A stretch of DNA of 35,552 nt from sequence record DRR723986_6148; one strand, given 5' to 3'. Below the pieces are notes generated by a model. The model ran no database searches and was not told the origin of the DNA. It was given only the letters and a program-made list of their open reading frames with translations. Of the stretch, positions 1-9,214 are shown piece after piece. Every line of letters starts with the position of its first letter. Positions within the stretch are counted from its first letter, which is position 1. Position numbers and translations under genes: made by a program.

Positions 1-687
1 GGGCTAACAGCGTGTAGGACATAGCGTGTAATTCTCAGTCGTTGTGGGACAGCACACAGTCTAAATGCCCCACAGGCCGCATACAGACACCCCCAAACCA
101 AAATTGCTTGTAGGACAAATTTGCGGTCTTGCTAAGATTGTTTTTTAAGACTCTGCACGCGGTAATTACAAATAGTTCGCCCGACCAGTGCCACAAAACA
201 CAGCAAAAAGCCAATGAACCCCAAGACGGAAGCCCAGCCGGAAGTCGAACTGTCCCAGCATGTGAAATCTGTACTAAAACTCAAATAATGTATGAACAAA
301 ATCAAGCTCAGGTCAAGCATCCCACACTTAGTCGTGACGGCATCACGAGGACGAGTCGCCTACGCTGGAAGCAAACCCACCAACAGCTAAAACTTAGAGG
401 CGCTGAATTGAACCAAAATACCTGCGAGTCGATTGAAGTGAACGACCACGACATCACCAATATGCACAACAGCGATAAACGAACCCGCGTTTGCCTAATT
501 CATTATTGCAGTCCAAGTATTTAAACATTCTCAATGCGTACTGGAGCAAAACACTGCTAAAACAACTAAACTACTTGGAACTTGAGTATCAACAACAAAC
601 AAAACTGCAAGCGAGCCTGAGTACGGAGCCCAAAGCGAAGTGCTCAAAGCGGTCAAGACAATTGTTAAACAATTTGTGACACACAAC

Positions 688-1566
688 TTAGGGTGCATAC
701 GCAATTGAAAAACCGATAATCAAATCTAGCGGCCGTAAGTTTTGCCCAGCAGGTAATCGCAACTGAATTCCAGGTGTGAGTTTTGTGAAGCGATAATTCA
801 TTCCGAAGTTAAACAGAGCCTGCCATTCGCCAAAAGCGTCAAAAAACGGACTACTGATTGGGGTGCTGATGCTGGTTCCAACGACAACACCCAGCCTGTC
901 ATTTCCAAAGCGCAGGGCGGGCTCCAGATCCATGAACAATTGTGAAGGAGTTTTCTCGGAGTCGGTAGTTAACCATCCACGCAGGCCACTGCGCAGAATA
1001 AGACTTGTTGTACTCGTAGAATCACTATACCAGTTAACATGCGCCCTATATGCAATTGCATCCTCAATCACATGCCCAATTCGCAGAGGGTCAATTACCG
1101 CACCACCCAGGATCACATAATCACTGGTGGGACTAAATGTTGGCAGCCGTAAGCCCAGCGAAAACAATAGATCACGCGGGACACCGAACTCGGCTCCGAT
1201 CATAATATTTCCCAGTTCCTGTGAACTACCGCCTTCGTCCGTTAAAGGCAAACCGCCGCTAAAGGCGTACGCAACTCCGTCTGAGGACACAAAAAAGACT
1301 GGAATTTCAAAGAGATAACGAACTCGGCTGCCGGCGTTAATGCGTGCCGAAGCCACAAAACCACGGCTGCAATAGCTGGATACAAGGCTTTCATCCAGCT
1401 GCGGCAACAAGACTTCAATCGTAAATTTGTTTTGCGCATAGGGATCGGTAAACAGCGGAGCTTGCGCCTCAACTGACGGTGCGGTTAAACTACTGTGGCA
1501 CATTAAAACACAGGCACAGAGCAGGAAGATTTTGGATAGTCTCGCATTCGCGGTCATGGTATTCAC
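688..1566 (-). CDS. Secreted outer-membrane beta-barrel protein, possibly COG4313/'transporter'-like channel; paralogue of 1940..2839
   Basis: 292-aa ORF. N-terminal signal peptide ending ...VEA-Q, amphipathic beta-strands, motifs GNIMIGAEFG and SLGLRLPT, terminal strand IIGFSIAY. Aligns by eye end-to-end with the neighbouring ORF. Confidence 0.7.
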   Translation of the reverse strand: MNTMTANARLSKIFLLCACVLMCHSSLTAPSVEAQAPLFTDPYAQNKFTIEVLLPQLDESLVSSYCSRGFVASARINAGSRVRYLFEIPVFFVSSDGVAYAFSGGLPLTDEGGSSQELGNIMIGAEFGVPRDLLFSLGLRLPTFSPTSDYVILGGAVIDPLRIGHVIEDAIAYRAHVNWYSDSTSTTSLILRSGLRGWLTTDSEKTPSQLFMDLEPALRFGNDRLGVVVGTSISTPISSPFFDAFGEWQALFNFGMNYRFTKLTPGIQLRLPAGQNLRPLDLIIGFSIAYAP

Positions 1567-1939
1567 CAGATTTTTGCAATCATCTAAACGTCAACCAGTG
1601 GGAATGCCAATCTACGTAATTTTCCAACATGCATACAACTATTTTTCACGGTGGTGTAATCCAGGCAGGCAAGTACAGTCAGGAGTCAATTTGCATTTAG
1701 TGGCAAATTTGTAAATCTGAGATGCTGTCGGCCATGTCCTGATGTGCGGCCATTTTGGGGAAGCCTGGACTTGACTAAAGTCGATCCAATCCGGAACGAA
1801 GCTGTTTTCAGTGAACTTTAACAGAATAGGATCTTCCGGCGTGTGCAGGACACATCCAATAGACCAATGAGCCGCAGCTCATAGTTAAATGGGTCAAAGC
1901 CTGTGCTGATACCAGTATTAAACAAATCTCGCCAAGCGC

Positions 1940-2839
1940 TTAAAAAGGTGCAATTGCGATCGAAAGACCAATAATCAGATCAATCGGGCGCAAGTTTTCG
2001 CCGGCGGGCAGGCGTACGTGTATACCAGGGTTAAAAGCTCCGGAATCATAGTAAACTCCCAGATTGAACATTGCCGACCATTCTTCAAAAGCATCAACAA
2101 CAGGACTGGAAAGCTGGGTGACAATGTTGGCGCCCAGGATCACTGCAAACTTCTCACTGCCAAGTCTCAGTGCGGGCTCCAGGTCCAAAAACAATTGAGA
2201 AGCGCTCTTGAGTGTATCGGTGGCGATCAAACCTTGCAGGCCGCCGCGCAGAAGCACCCTTGTTGTTTTGGTGGAGTCACTTAACCACTTAACATGCGCC
2301 CGGTAGCCAATTGCTCCCTCGCCTGCCTGCCCAATTCTAAAAGGGTCGACGAACGCTCCGCCCAGACCAACATATGGATTGTCGGGGTTATACGTTGGCA
2401 GCCGCAAAGCAATTGAATACTCCAGTTGTTGTGCATTGCCGAATTCTGCACCAAGTAAAACATTGCCAAGTAGTGTTGTGTTGCCGTCACCCTCGATAAT
2501 GGGCTGGCCGTTAGGCTGAACACCTACGAACTGCCCTTCCGATGAGATAAAAAAGACTGGTACTTCAAGTACAAAACGCGTGTCTTTACCGACTCCAAAA
2601 CGTGCACCGGCAACCAGGCCACTGCTGCCATATTCACCCACAAGATTTTCGTCAAGCTGCGGCAAAAGAAGCTCAAGGGTAAATCTATTGCGTGAGTAGG
2701 GATCGATAATTATTGGCGCCTGCGCCTCAGCACTTGGTGTACTTATGCCGGCGCTAAGCGTGACAAGGCAGGCACAGCCTAGCATGATTTTCGAAAGTCT
2801 AACAAATACATTCATAGTTTGGTGCCAGAATTTGATCAT
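1940..2839 (-). CDS. Secreted outer-membrane beta-barrel protein, paralogue of 688..1566
   Basis: 299-aa ORF whose ATG overlaps the TGA of the aminotransferase (ATGA); alternative start at 2815. Signal peptide ...AEA-Q, motifs GNVLLGAEFG and ALRLPT, C-terminal Phe. Confidence 0.7.
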   Translation of the reverse strand: MIKFWHQTMNVFVRLSKIMLGCACLVTLSAGISTPSAEAQAPIIIDPYSRNRFTLELLLPQLDENLVGEYGSSGLVAGARFGVGKDTRFVLEVPVFFISSEGQFVGVQPNGQPIIEGDGNTTLLGNVLLGAEFGNAQQLEYSIALRLPTYNPDNPYVGLGGAFVDPFRIGQAGEGAIGYRAHVKWLSDSTKTTRVLLRGGLQGLIATDTLKSASQLFLDLEPALRLGSEKFAVILGANIVTQLSSPVVDAFEEWSAMFNLGVYYDSGAFNPGIHVRLPAGENLRPIDLIIGLSIAIAPF

Positions 2840-4026
2840 CCGTGCTTCTTGTTAAGAACGGCTGCAGCCGCACTAACACCGGCACCCGCGTTAACGGTCG
2901 CATCGGCATCTGCCAGTACAGTCCCCAGCGAACTTAAACAGTATAAGACGTTCTGGCGTGTGCAAGACGCGCCCATCAGACCAATTCGCCACATTTTACC
3001 GGCAAGTGGCCCCAGGCCGGCACCAATTTCCAGGTCAAATTCATTCAGTAAACGGCTGCGCAGTTTGGCTTCGTCCCAGCTATCTGGAATCGCAACGGCA
3101 TTCAGGTTTGGCAGCTGCGCGCCGAACTGGCCCAAGTAATTCAGGCTCAGGGCCTCAAGGCCTGCGCGCAAGGCACGATGCATTTGTTGATGTCGCAGCC
3201 ATGCGGCTTCAACACCTTCTTCGTGCAGGATTACGAGCGCTTCATGCAGTCCATACAGGGCGTTAATTGGAGCAGTATGATGATAGGAGCGTTTCTTATC
3301 GCCACCCCAGTATTGCATCACGAGGTTAACATCCAGGAACCAGCTACGGCAGGCTGTTGTGCGGCCTTCGATGCGCGTTATAGCACGCTGCCCAAAAGTA
3401 ACCGGTGCCAAACCCGGTGTGCACGAAAGATTTTTCTGTGAACCGGAGTAGACTGCATCAAGCTCCCAGGCATCAACTTCGAGCGGCACACCACCGAGCG
3501 AAGTCACGGCGTCCACAATTACAAGGCAGTCATGCGCATGCGCCAGCGCAGCCAGAGTTTTGGCGTCACTTAACGCGCCCGTTGACGTTTCAGCATGTAC
3601 AAATGCAACAGTACTCGCATCCGGATGTTGTTTAAGTGCGGCTTCGAGCTTGGCCGGGTCCACGGGATCTCCCCAGCTATCCTCGACCATCACGGCTTCA
3701 GCGCCCAGGCGCACAACGTTTTCGCGCATGCGCCCGCCAAAGACACCGTTCTGACAGATTATGACTTTGTCGCCTGCTTCAACAAGATTGGCAAAACAGG
3801 CTTCCATTCCGGCTGAACCTGGCGCGGAGATGGGCATTGTTAAGCGGTTTGTGGTTCGGAAAGCCGTCTGCAGCAGCTGACGAATCTCGTCCATCAGTGC
3901 CACAAACTGTGGGTCCAGGTGGCCTATAGTTGGTCGTGCCATTGCGGCTAATACACGCGCACTTACGTGTGAAGGGCCGGGTCCCATCAGGACTCTTTCG
4001 GGCGGTATAAAGGATTGCATAGCCAT
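2836..4026 (-). CDS. Alanine-glyoxylate / serine-pyruvate aminotransferase (class V PLP enzyme)
   Basis: Motifs [27 protein letters not shown] (PLP lysine), YHHTAP, WRIGLMG. Start trimmed to MAMQSF because the longer ORF overlaps the upstream gene. Confidence 0.92.
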   Translation of the reverse strand: MAMQSFIPPERVLMGPGPSHVSARVLAAMARPTIGHLDPQFVALMDEIRQLLQTAFRTTNRLTMPISAPGSAGMEACFANLVEAGDKVIICQNGVFGGRMRENVVRLGAEAVMVEDSWGDPVDPAKLEAALKQHPDASTVAFVHAETSTGALSDAKTLAALAHAHDCLVIVDAVTSLGGVPLEVDAWELDAVYSGSQKNLSCTPGLAPVTFGQRAITRIEGRTTACRSWFLDVNLVMQYWGGDKKRSYHHTAPINALYGLHEALVILHEEGVEAAWLRHQQMHRALRAGLEALSLNYLGQFGAQLPNLNAVAIPDSWDEAKLRSRLLNEFDLEIGAGLGPLAGKMWRIGLMGASCTRQNVLYCLSSLGTVLADADATVNAGAGVSAAAAVLNKKHG

Positions 4027-4084
4027 AGTGTTCTGCTGCCTGCCAATGTAGTAGTATTTGTTAAGGTTTAATTTCTTGCGGGTT

Positions 4085-7048
4085 TTAGTCTTTCTCCACC
4101 AGTGCGTTGCGCAGGACTTCGGCTGGGTGCAGCGCGCGGCGTCCGGCACCGAAGTTAATCTGGTGGCGGCAGCTGGTTCCACCGGCGACAACAATCGTGT
4201 CATTATCGGCGGCACGTACGGCGGGAAGCAGTTTGTTCTCTGCCATTTTCATTGAGATGTCCACGTGCTCGTGTTCATAACCGAAAGAGCCGGCCATGCC
4301 GCAGCATCCGGAATCAACTTCTTCGACCTGATAGTTAGGCGGCATGCCGAGCGCCAGCTTGGAGGGCGCGGTGCCGACCAGTGCTTTCTGATGGCAGTGC
4401 CCGTGCAGCAATACTTTGCGTTCGTCCTTAACAAAGTTTACCTGCATGTGGCCTTCGGCTTCGGCGCGCGCCACATATTCTTCAAAGCTTAAGGCCCATT
4501 CCGCAACCAGTTCCACGCGTGGGTCTCCGGGCAGGAGGTAACGGTATTCATCGCGCAGAGACAGAATGCACGAAGGCTCAAGACCAACAACGAATATCCC
4601 GCGCTCAGCGTAGGGTTTTAGACGCGTCAGCGTATCGGAGGCCGCGGCACGCGCCTCGTCGATCAGTCCCTTGGAAATCATGGGACGGCCGCAGCAGCGA
4701 ATGCCCGGGAGAATCACTTCGTGATCGGCGGCCCACAGGAATTCGGTGGCCGCAGTTGCAATGTGTGGATCGTGATACGTGTTAAACGTATCATTAAACA
4801 GTACAACTTTGTGTTTGCCTTTTGTGCGGCGTTTGCCTGCCTCCCGCCGAAACCATGTTGTAAATGTCTCGCGCGCAAAGGGCGGCAGGGGCCTTTCGGC
4901 GCTGATGCCAACGGTAGACTGCAACATGCCGCGCACGGGAGCGGAACCCAGGACTGAGTTAAAGACCGGTGCGACGGCGCCGCTACACATCCGACTTAAC
5001 CTGGGCAACATACCAAACATGCGCGTGCGCAGCGGCACACCATTGGCTGCATGGTAGCGCGCCAGAAATTCGAATTTAATCTTGGCCATGTCTACCGACG
5101 AAGGGCATTCGGCCTTGCAGGCTTTGCACTCGATGCAAAGGTCCATGACGTCGTGCATGCGTTTGCTGGTTAACTCAGAATGTGGCAATACACCGCTGAG
5201 TGCCGCGCGCAATGCGTTGGCTCTGCCGCGCGTACTGTGCTCTTCCTCACGCGTGGCCATAAAGCTGGGGCACATCGTGCCCGTCCCGGTTTTGCGGCAG
5301 ACGCCGGCGCCATTACACATTTCAACAGCAGACTCAAAACTGAGATCTTCGCTGAAGTCCAGATGTGTTTTTGTCTCGGGGATTTTGTAGTCGGCCCCGT
5401 AGCGCAGGTGTTCTTCGATTGGCTGCGGATCTGCAATGCCGCCGGGGTTAAACAGATTGCGCGGGTCAAAGGCGACTTTAAGTTCCTGGAACAGTTTAAA
5501 CATTTGCGGGCCGTAAAACTCTTCGGCCAGCCAGGCGCGCACGCGGCCATCACCATGTTCGCTGGAGAGTGAGCCGCCGTAACTTTTGACGAGCTGCATC
5601 GAGTGGCGCGCAATCTCCGGCAGCTTACTGATTTCCCTGGCGTCCTTGGTGTTAACCATCGGGCGAATGTGCAGGCAGCCCGCACTGGCATGCGCGTAGT
5701 AGGCTACTTTGGTGCCCAGCTCTTCACAGAAACGTTCGACTTCGCCGACGTACTCGGCTAATTTATCGACCGGCACGGCGGCATCTTCGATGAACGGCAC
5801 GGGTTTAAAGTCGCCCTTAACACTCATGAGCAGGCCCAGGCCAACTTTGCGTACGGTCCAGACGTTGTGCTGCAGATGCGGGTCAATTGCGGGAGTCACG
5901 GTGGCACGCACACCACGTGTTTTGAGATGTTCGCGCAGATGCTCGACGCGTTTTTTGAGCTCGTTCTCAACTTCGCCGTAATACTCGGTTATTAGGATAC
6001 AGTTTGGCGTTCCGTTAACAAATGTACGCAGCAGGCGTGCATAGGCCGGCACTTCACGACATTTGTCGAGTCCCAGCTGATCAACGAGTTCAACGGCTGA
6101 GGGGTCGGTTTCCAGGATGATTTCAACTGCGCGTAACGCGTCAAACAGGTCTTCAAATGCGACAATGGCCAGCGCGGTTCTGCGCGGACGCGGCACCAGG
6201 CCCAAAGTGATTTCGCGCATGAACGCCAGCGAACCTTCAGCCCCACAGACCAGAGATGCCAGATTGAGACGTTCCTCAGCCGGATGTTTAAAGTTCAGCC
6301 CCTGCGGCACAAGACGGTCCAGGTTAAAACCACCGCAGCGGCGCCAGTGCTGCGGCGTCGCCGCGCGAATCGTATCGGCATCATTGCGTATAAACTTATC
6401 GGCAATGCGGTAGACGTCCCCTTCCAAACCGCTGAGTTTGAGGCGCTGCGCAAACCCCGCAGCGTCCAGCGGATTAAAGTCGGCAGTGCTGCCGTCGGCC
6501 AATACAACACGCATGGCGCGCACATGGTCGGCCGTCATGCCGTACATGATCGAGTGGCTGCCGGTAGAGTTGTTGGAGACGATGCCGCCCATAGCGGCGC
6601 GGTTGGAGCTGGCCGGATCGGGACCAAACATGAGGCCCTGCGGCTGCAGCAGACGATTAAATTCATCCAGAACCAGTCCGGGCTGGACGCGCGCCCACGC
6701 CTCTTCCTGGTTGACTTCCAGCAAATTGTGCATGTGGCGTGTTGTGTCAACCACCAAGGCTTCGTTGACACACTGCCCCGCCAGGCTGCTGCCGCCGGCG
6801 CGCGCCAGGACGGGAATATCGTATTTGGCGGCGCTCTCCACGAGCAGCTGGACTTCATCACCATGCTGCGGAAATGCGACACCAAGCGGAACCTGCTGAT
6901 AAATACTGGCGTCGGTACTGTATAGTACACGGTTGTAGTCGTCGGTTCGAATGTCTACGTCCGCCTGACGCCGGATGTCGGCCAGGCAATCCTCCATTGC
7001 ACGCGGAGGTGACTTTATCGTCTTTTGGCTGGATGTTGTGCTTTGCAT
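4085..7048 (-). CDS. FAD-linked oxidase + 4Fe-4S + CCG-domain oxidoreductase (YdiJ / GlcD-GlcF fusion-like D-2-hydroxyacid dehydrogenase)
   Basis: 987 aa. FAD motifs GGSSLAGQ and GPDPAS, EHGDG, ferredoxin motifs CNGAGVCRK..MCPS and CIECKACKAECP, CCG motifs CCGRP, HGHCHQ and CCGMAGSFG. Confidence 0.92.
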   Translation of the reverse strand: MQSTTSSQKTIKSPPRAMEDCLADIRRQADVDIRTDDYNRVLYSTDASIYQQVPLGVAFPQHGDEVQLLVESAAKYDIPVLARAGGSSLAGQCVNEALVVDTTRHMHNLLEVNQEEAWARVQPGLVLDEFNRLLQPQGLMFGPDPASSNRAAMGGIVSNNSTGSHSIMYGMTADHVRAMRVVLADGSTADFNPLDAAGFAQRLKLSGLEGDVYRIADKFIRNDADTIRAATPQHWRRCGGFNLDRLVPQGLNFKHPAEERLNLASLVCGAEGSLAFMREITLGLVPRPRRTALAIVAFEDLFDALRAVEIILETDPSAVELVDQLGLDKCREVPAYARLLRTFVNGTPNCILITEYYGEVENELKKRVEHLREHLKTRGVRATVTPAIDPHLQHNVWTVRKVGLGLLMSVKGDFKPVPFIEDAAVPVDKLAEYVGEVERFCEELGTKVAYYAHASAGCLHIRPMVNTKDAREISKLPEIARHSMQLVKSYGGSLSSEHGDGRVRAWLAEEFYGPQMFKLFQELKVAFDPRNLFNPGGIADPQPIEEHLRYGADYKIPETKTHLDFSEDLSFESAVEMCNGAGVCRKTGTGTMCPSFMATREEEHSTRGRANALRAALSGVLPHSELTSKRMHDVMDLCIECKACKAECPSSVDMAKIKFEFLARYHAANGVPLRTRMFGMLPRLSRMCSGAVAPVFNSVLGSAPVRGMLQSTVGISAERPLPPFARETFTTWFRREAGKRRTKGKHKVVLFNDTFNTYHDPHIATAATEFLWAADHEVILPGIRCCGRPMISKGLIDEARAAASDTLTRLKPYAERGIFVVGLEPSCILSLRDEYRYLLPGDPRVELVAEWALSFEEYVARAEAEGHMQVNFVKDERKVLLHGHCHQKALVGTAPSKLALGMPPNYQVEEVDSGCCGMAGSFGYEHEHVDISMKMAENKLLPAVRAADNDTIVVAGGTSCRHQINFGAGRRALHPAEVLRNALVEKD

Positions 7049-7306
7049 GCCGGGAAATTACACAGAATAGCTTAGCACAGAAACAAGATTTTGTCACTTG
7101 GGCAACATTTACAAACAAGAAGGCCTTAAAGGGCGATTCCATCCGCAGAATGCGGGGGAAGCATGCCCGCTAATCACCTGAGGTGGAAAGACACATATTC
7201 CGGAATAAAAGAAAGCCAAAAACAGATGCTGAGTGGTGCTATGTGTAAAAACAATTGTCGGCCGACAATTAACAGAAACTGTACTCAAATGCGTGGCGCG
7301 CAAGAA

Positions 7307-7831
7307 TTAGTTAACATAACAGATAACGATGCAGCGGCGGTCTCGCCACGGGCCGGAAATGTGAATTTGCACGGTGGAGTGCCCTTTTAGAATGCAATAA
7401 CCGGCCTCACGCAAGCAGCGCAAATGCCGGTACGCATATTCGATAACATCCGAAATGGTAGCCGCAATATTTGCCGCAACGCTGTTGGCACGTGAAGCAT
7501 CTTTGCGGTACTCCTCGGTACCACTGATGTTAACAGTTACTTCTTCACCTGAGCGATGATCAAATATCTGCAGAGCTTCGAGACCACGCTGTGCCACGGA
7601 ATAGCCCATGCCGATGCCATTCTGTTTAAGCTCACTGTAACCTTTGCGATTGGAGCTATCGGAGAATGTGGCATTTGCGATTTCGGCAGCTTCTACAGAG
7701 CCTTCGACTTCCAGAGTAACACCTTTCCAGTTTTGGCAGTTAACTTTGAACTTAAGCGACCCATCGCGGTCCTGTTCCATTGTTCCTGTGTGAACAGTGT
7801 GATTGTAGATAAAATCGAGATTAAGTGACAT
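7307..7831 (-). CDS. Hypothetical protein (174 aa) with Cys-rich basic C-terminus
   Basis: Strong SD (GGAGGA) just upstream of ATG at 7831; protein-like composition; no family recognised. Confidence 0.65.
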   Translation of the reverse strand: MSLNLDFIYNHTVHTGTMEQDRDGSLKFKVNCQNWKGVTLEVEGSVEAAEIANATFSDSSNRKGYSELKQNGIGMGYSVAQRGLEALQIFDHRSGEEVTVNISGTEEYRKDASRANSVAANIAATISDVIEYAYRHLRCLREAGYCILKGHSTVQIHISGPWRDRRCIVICYVN

Positions 7832-8056
7832 AATGTCCTCCAGAGTTAAAAAGTACAACATCCCGTTTTTCGGGTTGAAGATTTGAATGTATTGACGATA
7901 GCTTAAATTCCTTAACTATTGCGACGTAGAATACGATCCGGCTGCCGCCGCGTGTACTGACAGCTAACAGTCATTTACCGTGCAGCGGCAGACCGAATCA
8001 TTGCCATGTCGGGACATCATTGTGGTCAGAATCCGAGACCGGAAGATCGATAGCCT

Positions 8057-8932
8057 TTAGCGGCGTTTGTGTTTAACAAAACTATCTTCCTTGATATCCT
8101 TGGCTATCAGGTCCAGGCCGCCGATTGTCCAGCTGCAACGCAGTGAGCCGGTAATGATGTAGGAGTCTGTGACTCCCGGATTCGGCTGCAGCCACAGGTT
8201 AAAGTCCACCTGACGCAGACTTCCCTGCACGGAACTTTTAGCCGGCGGCAATATCCGCACCCCCGTCTGTGGCTGCCCCAGTGATGCGTTATCACTTAAG
8301 AGCTGACCGAGTTCATAATAGCGCGCACCAGTCTTGTAGCTTGAGTTTGTGCGCATAAACAGGATGACTGATTCGTCTTCACCTTTGCGCAAGCCCAGTT
8401 CCCAGTCGTTAAACTGCGTCAACGGTAGATCCGCAAGACCTTCATGCTCTATTGCATCCGAGTCATTAACAAGTGAGAGGCTTAACATGCCAACATCCAG
8501 CTGCATTTCGATGCTGCCAAATGTTAAAAGCTGGTTGCCCTCTGTGCCGTTTTGCATACTCAACACAAAACCGCCGGAGCTGATCATGCCGAGCGGAATG
8601 ATGGGCCCAGTGATTTGCATCTGTGCCTGCTGCGGAGCGGGACTATTCGCAAGCGCAGCGTTTAAGTCGGCACTGCCCAGTTCATGATTAAACAAGAGCG
8701 TCTGCGCGCCATCCAGCAGCTGCAAGCTGATGGAAGAACTGCCATCCGGGCCAACAGGTCCACCGGCATACAGTCGCGCCTGGACGGCACTTTTTTGCCA
8801 TGAGCGGCGGTTGGCGGCACGTCTGGCTGAAAAGCGTACGATCGTTTTCCCGGCGCGATTTGAAGGTTCCTGCGGGGCACTGCCGCGCGCATGTTTTTGA
8901 GTTTTTGCAGAAGAGGGAGTTAAATCCGACAT
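8057..8932 (-). CDS. Hypothetical beta-rich protein (~291 aa)
   Basis: Long ORF filling the gap; GGAG about 10 nt upstream of ATG at 8932; no family recognised. Confidence 0.65.
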   Translation of the reverse strand: MSDLTPSSAKTQKHARGSAPQEPSNRAGKTIVRFSARRAANRRSWQKSAVQARLYAGGPVGPDGSSSISLQLLDGAQTLLFNHELGSADLNAALANSPAPQQAQMQITGPIIPLGMISSGGFVLSMQNGTEGNQLLTFGSIEMQLDVGMLSLSLVNDSDAIEHEGLADLPLTQFNDWELGLRKGEDESVILFMRTNSSYKTGARYYELGQLLSDNASLGQPQTGVRILPPAKSSVQGSLRQVDFNLWLQPNPGVTDSYIITGSLRCSWTIGGLDLIAKDIKEDSFVKHKRR

Positions 8933-9214
8933 GGCTCTTAATCTCCGGTTTTGTTTAAGTCGCTTGCCTGACGGCAGGAACGTTAATTCGGATGTCCCGT
9001 TGCGACGATTGTTGAACAAATCTAGGCATGTGCACGGCGCAGGCGAAACAGCGTTAGTGCTCCGCTCCTATTTCCAACAACAGAAAAACTCTCATGATCA
9101 GGGCCTTTTTCAGCTTTTTTGAGTGCTTTTAGGCATCCCGCATCACTTTCTCGTTGATTTTGCTTACTTTTCTAAGCCTCGAAAGGACAATTTCCACGCA
9201 GCGATGGATGGTGA

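Noticed and set aside
129..679. Short ORFs 129..524 (+), 132..320 (-) and 491..679 (+); possible decayed membrane-protein gene
   Set aside because: Strongly A/C-skewed, lower-GC tract. The hydrophobic minus-strand fragments and in-frame TAGs are explained by composition and antisense CTA codons; there is no recognisable family or RBS, so neither a CDS nor recoding is supportable.
4027..4215. N-terminal extension of the aminotransferase ORF (similar extensions exist for 8057.., 10875.., 15236.., 21296.. and typA)
   Set aside because: The extensions overlap upstream genes or precede clear SD/signal-peptide starts, so downstream ATGs were used.
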